Positions 25,623 through 29,628 of a stretch of 29,628 nucleotides of DNA are shown one piece after another; within the stretch, counting starts at the first letter, position 1, and the number at the start of each line of letters is the position of its first letter. The DNA is from Lysobacterales bacterium. GTDB taxonomy: Bacteria; Pseudomonadota; Gammaproteobacteria; Xanthomonadales; SZUA-5. The DNA is taken from the NCBI GenBank assembly GCA_022844165.1, contig JALHMH010000048.1:1-29628 (forward strand), read 5' to 3'. The notes beneath the pieces are model-generated. The model saw only the letters and a list, made by a program, of their open reading frames with translations, was not told the origin of the DNA and made no database searches. The translations under genes and the position numbers were made by a program.

Positions 25623-28109
25623 TCACTCCGCGCGAAGCGCCAGCGCTGGATGTGTTGCGGCAGCTTGGCGGGCGGGCAGCCAGGATGCCAGGGCTGCGGT
25701 GGCGATGAGCAGGAGGGTGGATGCGGTCAGGGACATGGGGTCCCAGGGTTGCACGCCGAGCACGGCCGCGCGCAGCGAGGTTGCGGCCAGGGCGTAGGCG
25801 ATGAGCCCGGCGGTGATGCCGAGGGTGGTGACGATCAGGCCGCGGACGAGGACCGATAGGGCGATGTGTTGAGTGGTGGCGCCGAGGGCGCGGCGCAGAC
25901 CGAACTCGCGGGTGCGCAGGGCAACGAGGTACGCGATGACGCCGTACAGGCCGAGCATCGCGAGTGCCAGGGTGACCGCAGCTGCGGCGGTGATCAGCGT
26001 GAGCAGGAGCTGGAGGCGCGCCAGCGATTGCTGGGCGACGTCGGACATGGCGCTGACCTCAAACACGGGAACGCCGGGATCCAGTTCGCGCACGATGTTG
26101 CGCACGGCGGTGACCAGCGGCTCGAGCGAGCCGTTCGATCGCACGACCAGGGTCATGCCGGGCAGCGGGGCGGGTTGCGCGGGATCGGCGGCCACCACTT
26201 GCGGTCGATAGACCATCGCGGCGGCGGGTGTGGCGAGATCGTCGTAGCGCACGTCGCCGACGACGCCGATGACGGTGTAGGTGGGGCCGCCGGGATCGAG
26301 GGTGAGTGTGAGGCCGAGCGCGTACCTCTCAAAGGGTTGCTCGGACTTAGCTTGCGCCAGTGGATCGAGCGATCCGGTGCCCGAACGATCCGCGAACAAC
26401 GCCAGCGCGGCGCGTTGGTTGATCAGCAATTCGTCGGGGCGTTGCGATTCGAGCGTGCGGAAGTCGCGACCGGCGCGCAGCGGAATGTGCATCGTCTTGA
26501 GGTAGTTGTCGCTGATCACGTTGACGGCCAGCGGCCGGGTTTGAGGATCGCCATCGACCCGAAAGTTCTGTTGCGGCAGCGCGCCGGGCGCGAGCGGCAG
26601 TTGCGCCGTCAGCGCAGCGGCTTGCACCGATGGCAAGGCGCGCACGCGCTCGATCAGGCGTGCGTGGAATTCGACGCGCGCGGTGTCTCCGTAGCGCGCG
26701 AACGGCAGCAGGATCTGGAACGTGGTCACGTCCGCGGCGTTGAAACCGGGATCGACGTTCTGCAGCCGTTGCGCGGTGCGCAGCAGCAGCGCCGATCCGG
26801 CGAGCACCACCAGCGCGGCGGCGATTTGCAGCACGCTGACGGTGGCGCGAAATCGCTGTCGCACCGTTCCTGCCGATTGCTGGTGTGTGGCGGCGTGCAT
26901 ACGCCGCGCCAGACCGGCATGTCGGCGCCGTGCGCAGGTCAGCAAGATCAGGCCGCAGCCCAGCGCTGCTGCGCCAGCGATGAAGCCGATCGCCACAGGT
27001 CCAATCGACAGTTCGGTCAGACGCGGGAGATCGGTCGGCCCGAATGTGCGCAGTGCGCGCACCGCGGCGGAGACTGCGAATGTGGCGAGCAGCGCGGCCA
27101 CCGCGCTCAGCAGCACCGACTCGCCGAAGAATGGCGCGGAGGCGCGGAGGGAACTGGCGCCCAGCGACTCGCGTACGGCCGCGTCGCGGGCTGCGGCGTC
27201 GGCGCGGATCAGCGTGAGGTTGGCGACGTTCGCCCATGCCACGAGCACAACCAGCGCAGCCACGCCAGCGAGCAGCCACAGCATCGGCGCCACCTCCGCG
27301 GTCATCGCTTCGCGCAAGGCTATCGCGCGCGGCAGCGGCTTCATCTCGTCGATCCAGGCCGCCGTGGAGCCACCAGAGCCGAGCTGCGGATACAGCTCGG
27401 CCATGCGCGGCAGGATCGCTTCCAGTTCGCTCTCCGCGCTTTCTGGCGATGCGCCGGGCGCGAGTCGCGCCACGCCGCTGTAGAAGAAATCCGTGGCGAT
27501 CGATTCGTCGGACGCTCGGGCCGGCAGCCACAGGCGCGTGCTCGCGGTGGGGAAGGCGAACCCGGCCGGCATCACGCCGATGATCTCGCGCACGACATCG
27601 TTCACGACCAGCGTTTTGCCGATGATGTCCGGCGCCGCGCCGAAGCGCGTGCGCCATTCGCGCTCGCTCAAGATCACGGCCTGCGGACCGCTGCGGCGGG
27701 TTTCCTCCATGGTGAACGCTCGGCCGATGGCGGGCGGGACCTGAAGCACCTGCATCATCGAGGCGGAGACCCAGCTCACGGTGAGATTTTCGGCCAGGGT
27801 CGCCTCCGTTCCGCTCACCACATTGGCGCGACCGACGCGGTACAGCGCCACATCCTCCAGTTGCGTCGCGAAGCGCTGGTAGGTGGCGAGCACCGCAGGC
27901 GCGTGGCCGATGCGGCTGCCATCCGCTACGTCGATCTGGAGACTTACCAGTTCATCCGGCTGCGCGTAGGGCAGCGGCGCGAGCAGCAAGCCGTGCAGCA
28001 CCGCGAACATGGTGCCAACCGCGGTGAGGCCCAGGCAAAGCGTCAGGACGACAGTGATCGCGTAGACCGGAGCGCGTTGCAAGGTTGTCAGGATGCGACG
28101 CAGCAGCAT
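25623..28109 (-). CDS. MacB/FtsX-like duplicated ABC transporter permease
   Basis: VVLTLCLGL, LLAPLPYAQPDELV, IIGVMPAGFAFP, ANVANL, VDPGF, VIGVVGDVR, GLYGVIAY..RTREFGLRRALGA, LPARQAA..P..ALRAE. GGAG RBS before ATG 28109. Confidence 0.93.
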   Translation of the reverse strand: MLLRRILTTLQRAPVYAITVVLTLCLGLTAVGTMFAVLHGLLLAPLPYAQPDELVSLQIDVADGSRIGHAPAVLATYQRFATQLEDVALYRVGRANVVSGTEATLAENLTVSWVSASMMQVLQVPPAIGRAFTMEETRRSGPQAVILSEREWRTRFGAAPDIIGKTLVVNDVVREIIGVMPAGFAFPTASTRLWLPARASDESIATDFFYSGVARLAPGASPESAESELEAILPRMAELYPQLGSGGSTAAWIDEMKPLPRAIALREAMTAEVAPMLWLLAGVAALVVLVAWANVANLTLIRADAAARDAAVRESLGASSLRASAPFFGESVLLSAVAALLATFAVSAAVRALRTFGPTDLPRLTELSIGPVAIGFIAGAAALGCGLILLTCARRRHAGLARRMHAATHQQSAGTVRQRFRATVSVLQIAAALVVLAGSALLLRTAQRLQNVDPGFNAADVTTFQILLPFARYGDTARVEFHARLIERVRALPSVQAAALTAQLPLAPGALPQQNFRVDGDPQTRPLAVNVISDNYLKTMHIPLRAGRDFRTLESQRPDELLINQRAALALFADRSGTGSLDPLAQAKSEQPFERYALGLTLTLDPGGPTYTVIGVVGDVRYDDLATPAAAMVYRPQVVAADPAQPAPLPGMTLVVRSNGSLEPLVTAVRNIVRELDPGVPVFEVSAMSDVAQQSLARLQLLLTLITAAAAVTLALAMLGLYGVIAYLVALRTREFGLRRALGATTQHIALSVLVRGLIVTTLGITAGLIAYALAATSLRAAVLGVQPWDPMSLTASTLLLIATAALASWLPARQAAATHPALALRAE

Positions 28110-28346
28110 GGGAAGGCTCCGCAATGGCGCGGGACGGGGAGGCGCTCAGCGGCGAACGTCGCTGACGATGCCATCCTGCCAGTATCGGAAAGGCTGAGCT
28201 GCCTGGATTGAGTAGCTGCCCGTGAAGTGCCCGATCTGATCGTAGTTGCGACTGCAGCGTGGGAAGCGGACAGTCTCTTCGTTGCAACCCGCCGCACTTG
28301 AGTTATCGGCGCTCGCCTGCGCGCTGAAACGATGAGACCAGCGCGT

Positions 28347-28432
28347 GTTTCGCCCTTTCAGGGCTCTCCTTGGAAATAGCGATCTTTCCCAGGGCTTGCG
28401 CCCTGGGCTATTTCATCGCGGCCCTTTGGGCC
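28347..28432 (+). repeat. Stand-alone REP-like three-hairpin unit
   Basis: GTTTCGCCCTTTCAGGGCTC and CCCAGGGCTTGCGCCCTGGGCTATT are identical to the 21830-21895 motifs, with a different spacer. Third hairpin GGCCC-TTT-GGGCC. Confidence 0.88.
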
Positions 28433-28472
28433 TTGTTTCATCGAGAAAATCATGCCGCATGGCAAGTCGACT

Positions 28473-28590
28473 GGCGCCACTAATACGGAGCAACTGATAC
28501 GGCGCTACGCAACTGATAGCGCGCACCTGATTCGGCGCCAATGAATCGACGCACCTGGTACGGCACAACTGATGCGGCACGAATCGCGAA
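28473..28590. repeat. Degenerate ~14-bp tandem repeat, about 8 units
   Basis: GGCGCCACTAATAC, GGAGCAACTGATAC, GCGCACCTGATTC, GGCGCCAATGAATC, GACGCACCTGGTAC, GGCACAACTGATGC; consensus GGCGCAMCTGATAC. Confidence 0.7.
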
Positions 28591-28593
28591 TCG

Positions 28594-29628
28594 TCAAGGC
28601 GCGATGGCGTCGTATTCGTGAGCGCCGACGTCGAGTTGGTTTTGGCGTAACCAGCCGCGCACGTCAGGTTCGCCGGCGATGGGCGGGAGCAGGTTGCGCA
28701 AGATGGAGATGGGCTGGGCGATGCCGACCACGGGATAGGGTCCGCCGTAGTCGGCGAATGCCAGGCTGAGCTTTTCTGAGGTTGTCGCGACGCCGGGGCA
28801 GCCGATGCTCTGCAACACGAAGTTGTTGCCCGCGTCGGACACGCTGCCGGTGCACTTGGCGGTCATCACGCTGGCCGCGAGTTCCACCGTGCCGGAGGTG
28901 TCGATGCTGCCGGTATCGGCCAGCGAGGTGCTGAACGCGATGCTCGATCGGCCGCTGATATCGAAAGCGCCGCCGTTCGATGGATTGGCATAGCTCGACA
29001 CGTGACGCAGCGCCACCGCGCCGAAGCTGCGAAGCGCACCGCCGCGCGCCGCCTGGTTTTGCCACAGACTCACTTGATCGAGCACGATATAGGGCGACGA
29101 TTCTGCAGCGTTCAGCAACAGGCCGCCGCCGTTACCGGCCGCCGTGTTGCGCGCGAACGCACTTTGCTGAAGCGAGACCGTACCCAGCGGCGCGCCGCCG
29201 AGGCTGGTGATGCACATGCCGCCACCGCTTTTCTTCGCGACGTTGTCTTCGACTCGCAAATAACTGATCGCGATGTTGCGGGTGGGGAAGTTGAGAAGGG
29301 ACGACTCGTCTCGGATCCTTGCGCCACCGCAGCTTTCGGTGTCGGCCAGGTTACTGCTGATTTCCAGCAGGCTCTTGCTGCTGCCGCGTACAAAAGCGGG
29401 TCGGTACGCATTGAGGCCACCGCCCATCGTTGCGGAATTGCGGGTGATTCGCGAGCCCTGCTCCAGCGCCATCGACGCTCGCTCCAGATCCACGCCCCCG
29501 CCGTACAAGGCCCGATTGCCCGTAATCAGCACATTGTTGCCCAGCAACTGCGCCACCGGTTGGTCGTTGCTGTTCCGGACGTAGACGCCGCCGCCGAAAG
29601 CAGCGTGGTTGTTCCGGACGGTGACGTT
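28594..29628 (-). CDS. Partial beta-helix surface protein with Pmp-like N.A..GGG repeats and choice-of-anchor Q-like C-terminus
   Basis: The frame is open to the window edge (NVTVRNNHAAFGGGVYV...). Repeated NxAxxGGG/GGA motifs; C-terminal DVRG..R...DVGAHE. Confidence 0.8.
   Translation of the reverse strand, partial: NVTVRNNHAAFGGGVYVRNSNDQPVAQLLGNNVLITGNRALYGGGVDLERASMALEQGSRITRNSATMGGGLNAYRPAFVRGSSKSLLEISSNLADTESCGGARIRDESSLLNFPTRNIAISYLRVEDNVAKKSGGGMCITSLGGAPLGTVSLQQSAFARNTAAGNGGGLLLNAAESSPYIVLDQVSLWQNQAARGGALRSFGAVALRHVSSYANPSNGGAFDISGRSSIAFSTSLADTGSIDTSGTVELAASVMTAKCTGSVSDAGNNFVLQSIGCPGVATTSEKLSLAFADYGGPYPVVGIAQPISILRNLLPPIAGEPDVRGWLRQNQLDVGAHEYDAIAP

Noticed and set aside
25866-28211. 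781-aa plus-strand ORF and other long antisense ORFs across GC-rich genes
   Set aside because: Shadow frames of well-supported opposite-strand genes, expected at high GC, with no recognisable motifs.

Overview
GC-rich bacterial window; the gene content looks gammaproteobacterial, possibly Xanthomonadales-like (inference only). It has three zones. (1) 1-4.6 kb holds nested mobile elements: an IS30 transposase fragment, a truncated IS3-family element, an intact RAYT-like HUH (Y1) transposase bounded by GGACAGCCA inverted repeats, an ORF-less and 5'-truncated group II intron, a ~112-bp repeat family, a lipoprotein and a half-decayed vapBC. (2) 4.7-17.9 kb is mostly ordinary: serine hydrolase lipoprotein, thrC, MaoC dehydratase, a secreted protein with EEPRFEPR repeats, a sensor diguanylate cyclase, YciI/DGPF plus an ECF42-type sigma factor, a trypsin-like protease and phaZ. 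(3) 18-28.6 kb is an accessory region with two intact PIN toxin-antitoxin pairs, an IS200-type tnpA with REP-like hairpin ends, Uma2, a MacB-like permease and scattered paralogous fragments; a partial adhesin-like gene ends the window. The best candidate novel system is a two-gene module, GNAT-PIN-(GNAT-like)-PUA/ASCH-like fusion plus an ASCH protein, whose ASCH gene ends in frame with a copy of the C-terminal tail of the nearby AbrB antitoxin. Second is a hollowed-out tnpA copy that brackets a vapBC pair. All family calls come from motif recognition by eye; no searches were run.
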